The notes below the pieces were generated by a model, which saw nothing but the letters and a program-made list of their open reading frames with translations, made no database searches and was not told where the DNA came from. A DNA stretch of 64,000 nucleotides, taken from positions 186,001 through 250,000 of the forward strand of contig NIVC01001187.1 of assembly GCA_002269645.1 (NCBI GenBank), given 5' to 3'. This DNA is from Macrostomum lignano (lineage: Eukaryota). Below are positions 34,601-45,348 of the stretch, in pieces. Made by a program: the position numbers and the translations under genes. The first letter of the stretch is position 1. The number at the start of each line of letters is the position of its first letter.

Positions 34601-35476
34601 TTTGCGACTTACCTGATCCTTTTTGTGACTTAGTTTGCTTCTTTTGCGACTTACCTGATCCTTTTTGCGACTTACCTGATTATTTTTATAACTTAGTTTG
34701 CTTCTTTTGCGAATTGTTTTTCTTTTGCATCACCATTTTCCCTGAACTGCACTTTCTTTCGCTTTCCTCTTGCCTTTCTTAATTCTTGTGTTTTTCTGTT
34801 TTTGGTTGACTCAATTTTGCGACTTACCCCTAGTCAGCCACGATTTACGGTGGCTGGATCGGCCAGGTCAGCCAGCAGTTGCACATGTATGCCGTTACAA
34901 CAATCTTATCATCCTTTGAAATAAACAAAGTTAGTTTGCTAACTTGTGATTTCTTTTCATTTGAAACCATTGTCAGTTTTTATGTTTTATAACTATTTTA
35001 AATGGTGATTGTCATTGTTTAATATGATTGTAAACTGAAAGAATACTATATTTTCTATTATTGTAAAATAACAAACTTATCAAATCTTTCATTTTTACCA
35101 AATGTGAAATGTATCTGTCATAGAAGCAACTTGTTGAAGCAACAAAATGAGTATTTGTTATTGAAATATCTATCACTAAAACAATTTGTCATTGAAATGA
35201 CTTATACTTATATGTTATATACAAATAAATAATCCTAATACTAGGGCCTAGTCTTATCTTTTAAGTCTAAATATATTTATATCTTTACAATATAGAATTA
35301 GTAAATATTGTTTAAAATAAAGAATAAAATAGTATTTAATGAAGAGCCAAAATTGAATGAGAATAGATAATATATTTTATATAAATAGAGCATTTATTTT
35401 GCCTTACCTTACTATCTTCATCATGGATGACATACATATAATTGTCACTCCATGCATTAAAGTGTTGGATAATCAT
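25644..35476 (-). CDS. HAGH: Hydroxyacylglutathione hydrolase (glyoxalase II), join(35476..35408, 26354..25644); possible further 5' exon
   Basis: MIIQHFNAWSDNYMYVIHDEDSK|ESAVVDPVEP, THSHADHAGGN metal motif, TPCHT, FTGDTLF.AGCGRFFEG, CGHEYT, LRKQKDSF; AAG|GTAAGG donor and CAG|GAG acceptor; 9.05-kb intron. Confidence 0.92.
26406..26520 (+). mobile_element. tRNA-derived SINE fragment
   Basis: A-box-like CAGCCTAGTGG, B-box-like GGTTCGATTCT, followed by TTGGACAAGACACTCAAC as in tRNA-headed SINE bodies; no closed acceptor stem. Confidence 0.65.
27800..28520 (+). pseudogene. Degenerate Mutator/MULE transposase remnant in HAGH intron
   Basis: Across frameshifts: NFEAAIWQAIKAIF, FQFVQSI*QKI, KLMTLSFLPNEEICNAF, YYATWL, matching the MULE DFE..CxFH..LAFLP motif order. 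Confidence 0.6.
30726..30898. mobile_element. 173-bp almost fully palindromic (hairpin) MITE
   Basis: Arms of about 77 bp (30733..30889) fold around CACGTG; 8-bp TSD GAACTGAA at 30718-30725 and 30899-30906. Confidence 0.8.
33190..33870. repeat. Low-complexity CT-rich tract followed by GA-rich tract
   Basis: Polypyrimidine about 33190-33690 then polypurine about 33720-33870. Confidence 0.9.
34120..34720. repeat. Minisatellite, 20-21-bp unit GCGACTTACCTAATCCTTTTT
   Basis: About 28 units. Confidence 0.92.
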
Positions 35477-37499
35477 CTTGGCTCCTTTTAAAGAACTTGT
35501 TTGAAAGTTTCTATATTGACAATGATGGCCAGAAGATTCAAGGTGTATCAATTTACTAAATCTCAGGATACTTGAAACAGATACCTGATAAATTCTTCCA
35601 GCAACAAACATCAAATAGAAAGAACAATAATAAGATAGCTAAGTCAAGTAGTGGAACTAGTGGCTATATTCAGTTATTTATAATCATAAGTCACAGATTT
35701 TTCTAATTTCGTGAATCGAATAGGCCTGGGCCTATGGTTATTTTTTAAAGTAGTGGATAATTAACTAGTTCAGATATAAACAGTATAAAAAAATTAAAAA
35801 TAGCAAAAATTAGATATGAAACGTGCAGTGTCTAGTTTACATGGTGCATGCATTACGATGTGTTGTTTCGTGAATTCAAAAGTCTGCAATTTAATAGTAA
35901 AACACAGTTCCTTAGACTAAGGCACTAGGTATTATTTAAATTAAGAAATATATATTTCTATGCATTTTATCATTCTTTTTCTTTATCAAAAAAATCAGTT
36001 AGGAGTGAGAAGATTTAAAAAACCAGATTGCCGGATTGGGCTGACTAAACAATCATTTGGCCATACAGATACCCAGATACCAAGGACGACTTAGGACGGG
36101 CCAAAACCTCGTTTCTTAAAAAAATGTAGTAGGCAGGTTTTTTCAAAAAATGCACTACGGAGATAGGAAGTTTTCATTTTTTCAGCGCAAAAATTGTTCT
36201 TGTTTTTATAGGAGGCAGAGTCCAGTGTTCATATTTTGATATGTTGTGCCTTTCTTATTGCTCAATCGATGTTCATAAATCTTTTCGTTCAGAAAATTAG
36301 GATTCTATGTTAATTTTTTATTCTAAGTACATTTCCTGTACCTAAATTAAAAGTAATAAAAATGCATCGCACAGCTCCAAATCATTGGTTTCATGAATCC
36401 ATTTTATCATTTGTGCTACGCATATTTAATTGTTACACAGTCAGCTAAGAATGATAAAATAAACTCATAAAACCATAAGATCCGAGCTGCGCTATTTTAA
36501 TGTTTTTTAGGCACAAGACATGCGCAAATGTACGTGATTGATTATTATTGAATGATTATATTGAACTGATGATTATATAATCCACAGAGCTTCTATAGAT
36601 TTTTTAGATTTAGTACTGCCCTGCTGCAAGAGCCTCATCCTGCTTTTATAGACTGTCTTTTTAGCTCCATAATTTGTTGTGCTACCATAATTTTAATTCC
36701 CTTTTTGAGTGTTGTACTTTACAATTTTATTTTTTAAAGTTAACTTATGGATTTCTATAAGAGCGTGGGCCTTCTCTCCCTTTCCGATGCCACTTCAATT
36801 CCTAGTTTAGCAAAAGAAATTCCGTAATCCACTGAAAGAGCGTGGGAAGTTTTTTTATAGGCCATGATGCTGCATGGGAGCCGTTAGTTGCTTGCTGCAT
36901 CTAGGCTGATGGAAAGTGCAGTCCAAAAGGTAGGCAAACAATTGAGACTCTGTCCCCCCGGGGAGGATGAAGGAAAATTCTCTCTTTTAACGCCAGTCCT
37001 GAGGCAAGTCCTTAAACTGGGCCCATATCCGCCCCATTTTGTTCAAACTCTCGCCCCAGTCGCAACCATTTTATGGCAATTGAATCCCTCACGTTGCAAC
37101 CAGCCGTCGGACACTATCATTAGCAGGTAAAAGAGCAATGCTCAACTGTACTCAACAGCCTGCAGAGAGAAGAAACTTGCTCAATTATTTTACACTGGTT
37201 CAGCGCGCTCTTAAGTCCTTATTAGCGAAAATCTTTCTTAACCATCGCTAACCGTGCACTCTACTGTAGCTACTCTGATGCCCTGCGCTCTGTCAGGCCC
37301 TAAACTAATCTGCTCCGCTACAGCCTCCCAGCTGGAGCTTTCCTTCCTACACCGCCTCATTGTTCTTGGCCAACTGCGGAAGACAGAGGAGAGAAGACCG
37401 GCTAGCAGCAAGCGCTTTAAAACTGAATTAGAAGTCTTACCTTGTGCACCTGATGCAAGGGCCAGTCTTGAGAATAACTTCTTCTCCAGTATTTCTCTC

Positions 37500-37660
37500 A
37501 CCGGCTCTTATTAAAACTTGCCAACCCAACCGCGTCTATTTTGCCTTGGCAACACTGCGTTTGTTCGTGCGGTTGGAAGTGGGGCCTGCTGTCTACTCTG
37601 AGAGTTGAGGTGCCAAAACGGGGGAGAATCAGAAACTCTACCCAGAAAGGCAGCCGAAAA
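37500..37660. promoter_or_regulatory. Possible divergent promoter between HAGH (-) and the Mab-21-like gene (+)
   Basis: GC/CpG-enriched patch between head-to-head genes; minus-strand donor AAG|GTAAGA near 37440 suggests a non-coding first exon. Confidence 0.3.
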
Positions 37661-37665
37661 GAGGC

Positions 37666-39159
37666 ATGAAGACAAAGTCAAACGCGAAAAACCGGTCGTA
37701 CGGTCACCAGATCCCAGCTAGCAGTTCTGGAGACGCAGCCAGAGACCCCGGCCGAGTGCTCTTCAATGGCCTAACCAGTGAGAAGACCATCATTGAGGAA
37801 CCATCGCCAGCAGCGGAAGCCCTGGAACGGTTATGTCCGACGTTCGTTTCCACCGATGCGGAGGCCAGCTTCCAGGAGACCCGACGTTACCTCGACCGCA
37901 TCTGTCAGGAGATGTACTACAAGCTGCACGTTAATAACTATAGAATCAATTACGAGACACCTGTGGTGGCGTCCACCCCCGAGGATCTGGTTTGGGGTGA
38001 GGACGAGCGCCTCGAAATCCTACTGCCACTCCGCCTGCCCCAGGGCTATCCGCTGCGAATCCAACCGGAAGGCGGCCCGGGCCTAATTGGGATAAAAATC
38101 CCAGCAGCCAGACAGAAGCCGCCTACTTTCGAAAAAGATCCGCTTGACTTTCTGAAGTCGTCCAAGCGCTACGTGTCTTCATCTGTCACTCTGAAGTCCA
38201 CTTGGAAGTTGGTGAACAATGCCATGCAGCAAATTTCTGCGCGTTACGAAAGCGATCTCACCGTCCAGCAGGTGGAGATAAATAGGGAAGCCGGCTCAAT
38301 TGATGTCACACTGACCGTGACGTCCAGGTATCTCGACACTCAACTGGCGGCACCGCCTCCAGGAAAGTCAGACGCCTCGGGTGCTGACGATGAGCAGGAT
38401 CCTGTTTCCTTTGCCATTCATGTGGAGGACGCTGTACCTGAGGCTGAAGAAGACACTCAAGAGGAGGAGAATGTGGAAGAAGATGAGGCTGCAGAGGATG
38501 ACGCCGTGCCCGACATTCTAGAGCCTGGTATCCCGGCAACCGTGGTGTACATTTCGAATAGACGCAGGCGAGGCAAAGTCCCGGAGGTGACTACCCGCGT
38601 TCTGCACCTGAGGTTCATGCCAGTCATCAGGTATCCAAGTGATGAGCACGCGTACCTCACGCCCCGGCCCTACTCCTTCGGCAGCAAGGGTTCGCTGGGC
38701 CAAGACTTGTGGACAGTGCAGTATTCAATGGAGGAGGCTCTGCTGATGCAGTCGTTATCACGAGCGGATCGAGGCCTCCGGCTGCGTGTGTGGAGAGGCC
38801 TGACAGAGTTCTGTCGCGAGCAGCCAGAGCTGCGATGCGTCAGCCGTGACATGTTGAAGCACGTGATGTTCCACCTGGCCGAGACGGAGATTGATCTAGT
38901 AGGCATCCGCTGGCAGCGGGCCAACCTGGCGCACTACACCAGCGACATCCTGTCCTGCGTGCGCGACCACATGCGCTCAGGCAATCTGCCGCACTTCTTC
39001 TACAAGGACGTCAACCTGCTGCAGTGCCTGCAGCTTCATCAGAGACGAAGCGCTGCGCTGAAGATCGACTTCTACGTGCGCAAAGAGACGGCGTTTGTTC
39101 GCGCCCTGAGGCGGACGGTCGCTGAACGAGAAGCCAAGCAGCTCGATGCCAAAGCTTAG
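37666..39159 (+). CDS. Mab-21/cGAS-fold (MiD49/51-like) protein, single exon, 497 aa, probably catalytically inactive
   Basis: C-terminal Mab-21 helical domain DLW..EE..L..AD.G.R..L..C...P.L..L.HV.FHLA..E..W..LA..G.LPHFF..VNLL; N-lobe strands present with an acidic insertion. Confidence 0.8.
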   Translation: MKTKSNAKNRSYGHQIPASSSGDAARDPGRVLFNGLTSEKTIIEEPSPAAEALERLCPTFVSTDAEASFQETRRYLDRICQEMYYKLHVNNYRINYETPVVASTPEDLVWGEDERLEILLPLRLPQGYPLRIQPEGGPGLIGIKIPAARQKPPTFEKDPLDFLKSSKRYVSSSVTLKSTWKLVNNAMQQISARYESDLTVQQVEINREAGSIDVTLTVTSRYLDTQLAAPPPGKSDASGADDEQDPVSFAIHVEDAVPEAEEDTQEEENVEEDEAAEDDAVPDILEPGIPATVVYISNRRRRGKVPEVTTRVLHLRFMPVIRYPSDEHAYLTPRPYSFGSKGSLGQDLWTVQYSMEEALLMQSLSRADRGLRLRVWRGLTEFCREQPELRCVSRDMLKHVMFHLAETEIDLVGIRWQRANLAHYTSDILSCVRDHMRSGNLPHFFYKDVNLLQCLQLHQRRSAALKIDFYVRKETAFVRALRRTVAEREAKQLDAKA

Positions 39160-39824
39160 CTGATGAACATGCAGATCTTTGCTATTTTCTCACCAGAAAC
39201 TGTTGGCGCGGATCGTGCAGATCAGCAAGCTCGAATTCAATCAGAATTTGCCTTTGCACTCTTCTGTGTAGCTATTTGCCTTTGTTTCTTGCTTTGCCTT
39301 TTACTTTTTATAACTCTGTTTGCTTTCATACGCGCGAATGTGTTTAATAAGAAGTCTTATAACAATTGCTTTATACCAACGTTGCAACCATAATGCTTGG
39401 ACACAAATTTTATTAAAAGTCAAGGAAGGGCTCAAGATTTGATTAAGAATGAATCAAGGAAATTCTTAATTAAGTCCTACTGCATGTTGATAATTTTTTG
39501 CCTGATTTGTTTTTCGATATCTAAATGTAAATTCACAAGGATAAGTCTTTAGCTGTGTCAAAAATTCGTGTTATAGCTAACGCAAAATCTATTTAGATGT
39601 TTAACGAATCTATTTTTATCATTTCTAGCTTAATTACTGTGCACCAGAATGTGTAGCCGAATGATAAAATAGATTCATAGAACCAAAGTCGAGTTGTTGA
39701 CATTTTTATGATTTTTAGGAGAGTTCAGAGGACATGCACGTAGAATTTAGGATTAACATAGAACCCTAATTTTATTAACAAAGAGCTTTATGAATTTCGT
39801 CAAAATTCAGAGCCACTTCGCCTC

Positions 39825-40540
39825 AACCCTGTGGGGTTTTACCCTCCTGAATCCGCCCCCAACCCTGTGGGGTTTTACCCTCCTGAATCCGCCCCCACCC
39901 TGTGGGGTTTTACCCTCCAGAATCCGCCCCCAACCCTGTGGGTTTTTACCCTCCAGAATCCGCCCCCAACCCTGTGGGGTTTTACCCTCCAGAATCCGCC
40001 CCCAACCCTGTGGGTTTTTACCCTCCAGAATCCGCCCCAACCCTGTGGGGTTTTACCCTCCAGAATCCGCCCCCAACCCTGTGGGTTTTTACCCTCCAGA
40101 ATCCGCCCCCAACCCTGTGGGTTTTTACCCTCCAGAATCCGCCCCCAACCCTGTGGGGTTTTACCCTCCAGAATCCGCCCCCAACCCTGTGGGTTTTTAC
40201 CCTCCAGAATCCGCCCCCAACCCTGTGGGGTTTTACCCTCCAGAATCCGCCCCCAACCCTGTGGGGTTTTACCCTCCAGAATCCGCCCCCAACCCTGTGG
40301 GGTTTTACCCTCCAGAATCCGCCCCCAACCCTGTGGGTTTTTACCCTCCAGAATCCGCCCCCAACCCTGTGGGTTTTTACCCTCCAGAATCCGCCCCAAC
40401 CCTGTGGGGTTTTACCCTCCAGAATCCGCCCCCAACCCTGTGGGGTTTTACCCTCCAGAATCCGCCCCCAACCCTGTGGGGTTTTACCCTCCAGAATCCG
40501 CCCCCAACCCTGTGGGTTTTTACCCTCCAGAATCCGCCCC
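39825..40540. repeat. Minisatellite, 36-bp unit CCCTGTGGGGTTTTACCCTCCAGAATCCGCCCCCAA, inside a MITE remnant
   Basis: About 20 units; flanks match the MITE at 44702..44882. Confidence 0.95.
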
Positions 40541-41149
40541 CTCAACAAATTTCTGGTTGCGCTACTTGCTGTACTGGATGCAGCCAGTGCAGTGACGTGT
40601 ATTATCGCAAAAACTCGACCAGTCGGGGAGCATCAATGCGGATCGGGCATAATTTTAAATAAATATTTAATTACTTTACCCTGCTACAAGTGCTAACAAT
40701 CATTATCCTTAGATTTACCCTTCAGCTAGTTGTGTCGTCTCTTTTTGAAGATATTGGATAGCTGGGCAAAATCCTATAAGTTTTTCTTTTGTATCGTTGG
40801 TGAAAAATACCGAGCATATACGGTTATACTACTTGTAGTATGTAGCTAATTGCTCTTTCGATCGTGGCTTCAATGGCCAAAGGGTTATGGACCGATATGG
40901 ACCGATTCTGCGACGTGACGAATGCTATAATCAGCATAATGTATCATGTATACATAATGTACCATAATGTGCCCGAGACATTATATTTGCACACCCGTGC
41001 AATAGTGCTGACATCTCTTGGCATCGCGGCCAGATCATCATGCCGGGGATGACCTCGGTTGGCTCGGACGGCCGCGCTTCGGCTGCGGCAGCAAAGTTCA
41101 GTACAGCAGGGACTCGCAGAGGTCGGCGCAGCGCAACGTCGGACTGAGC

Positions 41150-44116
41150 GGTGGCGCGAGCGCAACCGGCGAGGGCGACTCCGTGGCGCGGCCAGGCGCC
41201 TGTCGCCCCCAGTCCCTGCAACTTGAACTATGGATCCGCCGGGTGGCACCGGGGACCACGAGGCCAACCTCCATCTGGCCCCAGCTGTACCAGGTGGCCG
41301 CCTCAGGCTCGGCACGGCATGCCGAACTCTGAAGGCCCCCTGGCGTCGCACCATCCTTGTCCAGCTGGCCCACGACCTACAGCTGGACCTCCTCTCGCTG
41401 CAGGAGGTCTCTATCGTGGCTGAGCGGGGGCTCCACTCTGAGGACCTTGGAGCCGGCTGGAGCCTCCTGTACACGTCGACAGACGACCGCGGCCGGGGCG
41501 GTGTCAGCGTACTGATCGGACCGCGCCTCCAGCAGAGCGTACACTGCATCTCGCTGTCCCCGCGACTGATGCGGGTCTACCTGCGACTGCGCGCCCGCTG
41601 CATTCGGCTGCTCGGTGAGGCTCGTGCCTTCTTCGACTTCCTAGCTGGGCAGCTGGAAGAGGTGCCAAACCGCGACACACTGGCAGTGCTTGGAGACCTG
41701 AACGCAGTCCTGCAGAGGTCCGAGCGCTTGCCCTTTGTCGCGGGACGCGAGAACGCCAACACCGATGCACTGGAGGACCTGCTTGACCGGCTGGACCTGG
41801 TGTCCGCGAACACCTAGTTCTGCAAGCCCACTGCCCGCCTGGTTACCTTTGCGGGCTGCAAGAGAAGGCGGCGAAACGCACGCGGGCGAAACGCCATGCG
41901 AGGAGACTGGCGAAACTCTATCATGCGCTGGTTCGCACTCGCGAGCGCCGCCGCGTCACCAACTGCGACACCATGGCTCCACTGGCTCTCCGGTCAGACC
42001 ATCGACTTCTGCTCTGCGACTTGCGGCTCCGCGACCATCTCTACCGACCGCCAAAGCAGCGGCCACGGCGCTACTATCGCGCTCTGTTGGACACCCGCGT
42101 CAAGCGTCAATTCGAGGGTGCCTTCGTTGGCGCGCTTGGAGACCAGCGTGAGACGGAGTATTCCGACATCAGCACCGCCGTTAGAGCCGCTGCGGAGCAG
42201 ACGGTCCTGCTGATGCGGCCAGCGCAAAAATCGCTGCCTGTCTGGCAGAGCGACCCGACCATCAGGCAAGCGCGGCTCAACATCGAGCGACTCCGCAGAA
42301 ACCGGCGGCCCACGGGCGACGCTGAAGACGCATTTGAGCGCCTTCTAGACGAGCGGCAGCAGGCCGCTGTCGACGACGCCGTTAGGTCCATCACTGCAGC
42401 CGGCCCAGACGTGAAGAGCCGCGCAGTGTGGACGGCCGTCCGGTCTATGACGGGCGCAAAAAGCGCGTGGCGCTGAATCTGGCCGGTGACACCTTGGAGG
42501 AGCGCAGGAACGAATTGCGCGACTTCTTCGTCGGCATCGTGAACGCGCCCGCGTTGCCGCTGCCCGTCAGCTTTGCGCTTCCACTGGACACGCCGCTCCC
42601 AGCTGAGGAGGACTTCTGCACCAGCCCAGTCACCACAGAGGACGTTGTGCTGTTCGCTCGGAAAACATCAGGCGGCAAGGCACTCGTCCCGACGAAGTCC
42701 CGGTCGAGGCGCTGCGGCTCCGCTATGTGGCCTTCCAGGTCACAGGCGTCATGAATCGCGTGCTCGCCGGCGCCCCCGCGCCCACCGAGTTTACCGTCGC
42801 GCACATCGTGCCGATCCCGAAGAAGGCAGGGACAACGCGGAAAGCAGACCACCGCGGATCTCGCTGAAGTCCTGCACCGCGAAGCTCTTCAACCGGCTGC
42901 TGCTCGATCGTCTCCAGTCGGTGCTGGATCCGTACCTGCGGTATGAGCAGAACGTATTCCGGCCGCAGCGTGGTCAGTGACACGGATCCTCGCACTCCGC
43001 CTTGTCATCGAGGAGGCGCGCATCCGCCAGTCTACGCTGATCATTGTCTTCGTTGACTTTCGAAAGGCATTTGACTTGGTGTTGAGAGCCGCGCTTCCCT
43101 TTGTCCTTCGAGCCTATCGGGTACCCCAGCAGCTAGTCGATGCTGTCATGGCGCTGTATTGCGACACTCGAGCTGCTGAGGCGACGGCGGACGGCCTGTC
43201 TGACCTGTTCGACACTTCATCAGGAGTTCTGCTGGGCGACACGCTGGCGCCGTTCCTCTTCGTGCTGCTGCTGGACTGAGTGCTTCGGACCGCTCTCCCC
43301 TCGGCTTACGACGGCTTCCTGCTGCGCAGACGCATCAGTCGCCGCCACGGCGAAAAGCCACGGCGTCTTCGTCCGTTGAAGGAGCCCAGCGCCAGATCGA
43401 CAGGCTGGTCCAGGTGGCATCGAGCATCGGTCTGGTTGTCAACACGCTGAAGACCGAGGTGCTGACTGTGCCGGCCGACATCCCAGCGGACCTGACGTGC
43501 CGCGGCGCAAACGGGCAGACGACCAAGCTCGCACGCTGCCAGCGGTTCACCTACCTCGGTGGTCTGGTGCCTCACGTGGAGGAAGACCTCCGGCGGCGCA
43601 GAGGACTTGCCTGGGCGGCCTTCCGCTCGATCCGGGCCGTCGTCCAATCCGAAGCGCTGCCCGCGACCACCAGAGGGCTCGGCTGTGGCAGGCGGTAGTC
43701 GAAACCGTCCTGCTGCTATACAACACCGAGACGTGGACGCTGACAGCTACGCTAGAGCGGTAGCTGGACTCGGCGCACTCAGGGCTGTTCCGTGCTTCGA
43801 GCTGACGAGAGCATCGGGACCGAGACCCTGTACGATCGGGCCAAGCTGCAGCGCCCGTCCACCATCCTGCGCCGGCGGCGACTACAACTGGCGGGCCACG
43901 TGATCCGGGCCGAGGGCTACTGCCCCTAACCTGTTCAGGACGTCTTATTGCTCACCTTGCAGGGCCCCTTCAGGCGGGGTCAGGCCCGAACCCGTCGATA
44001 CGCGGACTGCCTGCCGTGCGACGCTGGGGCGCACGACACTGCCAACGAAGCGGACTTCATTCGCTCCCAGACTCTGCGGCGCGCCATCTGACGCGCCCTA
44101 CTCTAAATGTGACTTT
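41150..44116 (+). mobile_element. Near full-length, decayed RTE-clade non-LTR retrotransposon (APE endonuclease + RT)
   Basis: LRLGT..RTL, LSLQEV, GRGGV, LGDLNA (APE); IVPIPKK, ISLKSCTAKLFNRLL, VDFRKAFD, GVLLGDTLAPFLF, FTYLGG, LQLAGHVIRA (RT and RTE-type C-terminus); several stops and frameshifts. Confidence 0.9.
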
Positions 44117-44701
44117 GCGTGCGGAGTAGCGTATTTTGTTTTTGTTTGTTGTATAATGTATGGATAAAGTATGTAGTATTTTGTGTAAAAGATCACAAAC
44201 AAGTCTAGCCGCTTAACAGTGAATGCTAAATGGTAAAGTTTTCGCCTATTTTTTATTAACAAGACAAATTTTAAACCACTACTCGCCAACATTACACTAT
44301 TTGTGAATAAATTGTTTTAATCCTACATTTGAGCGTGAAAACTTTCTAGGAAAAGCGACTTGACTGTACAAATAAGTCGCGAAAGAAATCTGTATCTGCT
44401 ATGACCGGATTTTCGGTTCTCGGTTCAGTTCCGAAATTTAAATTAATTCACTCCGGATTGCCTCTAAATAGTTAGTGTATAAACAAAGTAAAAACATTTC
44501 TGCTCCAATTTCACTTAAACATCAAATAAAAAAGCATTGCCATTGCAATAAATATTTAAATTATATTTTTTTATGATAGTTTTACATTTTATTGTACTTT
44601 TTTCGTCAGTCATTTTAGCGCGCATATGAAACTTATCCACACGAAATTCAAAAGCACATTGCTTTCGAAGTGCTTTGAATGAGAATACACTAAGGCAAAG
44701 G

Positions 44702-44882
44702 CAGTGGCGCAACCAGGTGGGGGCGGGGGGCGGTCGCCCCCCTCTTATAGGCGCGGAGACCCAAAAAATCAAAGGGGGACCAAGCGAATTTTCGCCAAAA
44801 CAGAGCCACCCCGTCCGCCCCACCTCCCGGGACTTTACCCTCCAGAATCCGCCCCCTCATAAAATTTCTGGTTGCACTACTG
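44702..44882. mobile_element. 181-bp MITE with 15-bp TIRs
   Basis: CAGTGGCGCAACCAG .. CTGGTTGCACTACTG; no clean TSD seen. Confidence 0.7.
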
Positions 44883-45348
44883 AACGAAAGTTTCCTTACA
44901 CACCCTCTCTTCAATATAAATTTATAATTATATTATATTTTAATATAAAATTATAATATTAATTACATATTATAATTATAATTATAATTTTAATTTTACT
45001 TACATGTATATATAATTATATAATTTAAAAAGATATTTAATTTATCTGCACTTTCTTTGAAAATTTAACCTCATAAAAATAAAATATAAGCATTAAAAGT
45101 CATGCTTAAATGTCTTTTGCTGAGCAAAACTGTCACTCTATAATGATGGTATTAAATATTTACGCGTAGATGAACTTTGTTTTAGTTTTTAGTTACTCTT
45201 AAGACTATAAAAAAATTACCTGGGACTACATGAAGTATAACTTGTTTCAACTAATTGTTTTACTTAAATGAATAAAAAATATATACACAGTAAAAGTTAA
45301 TAGCTCATAACAGCAACAACTTAACAACAAATTATGCAGCTAGCAATC

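Noticed and set aside
37254-37514. Upstream ORF analogous to the LYR microprotein encoded upstream of human MIEF1
   Set aside because: The 86-aa translation has no LYR-like motif; the region is better explained as the 5' end of HAGH on the other strand.
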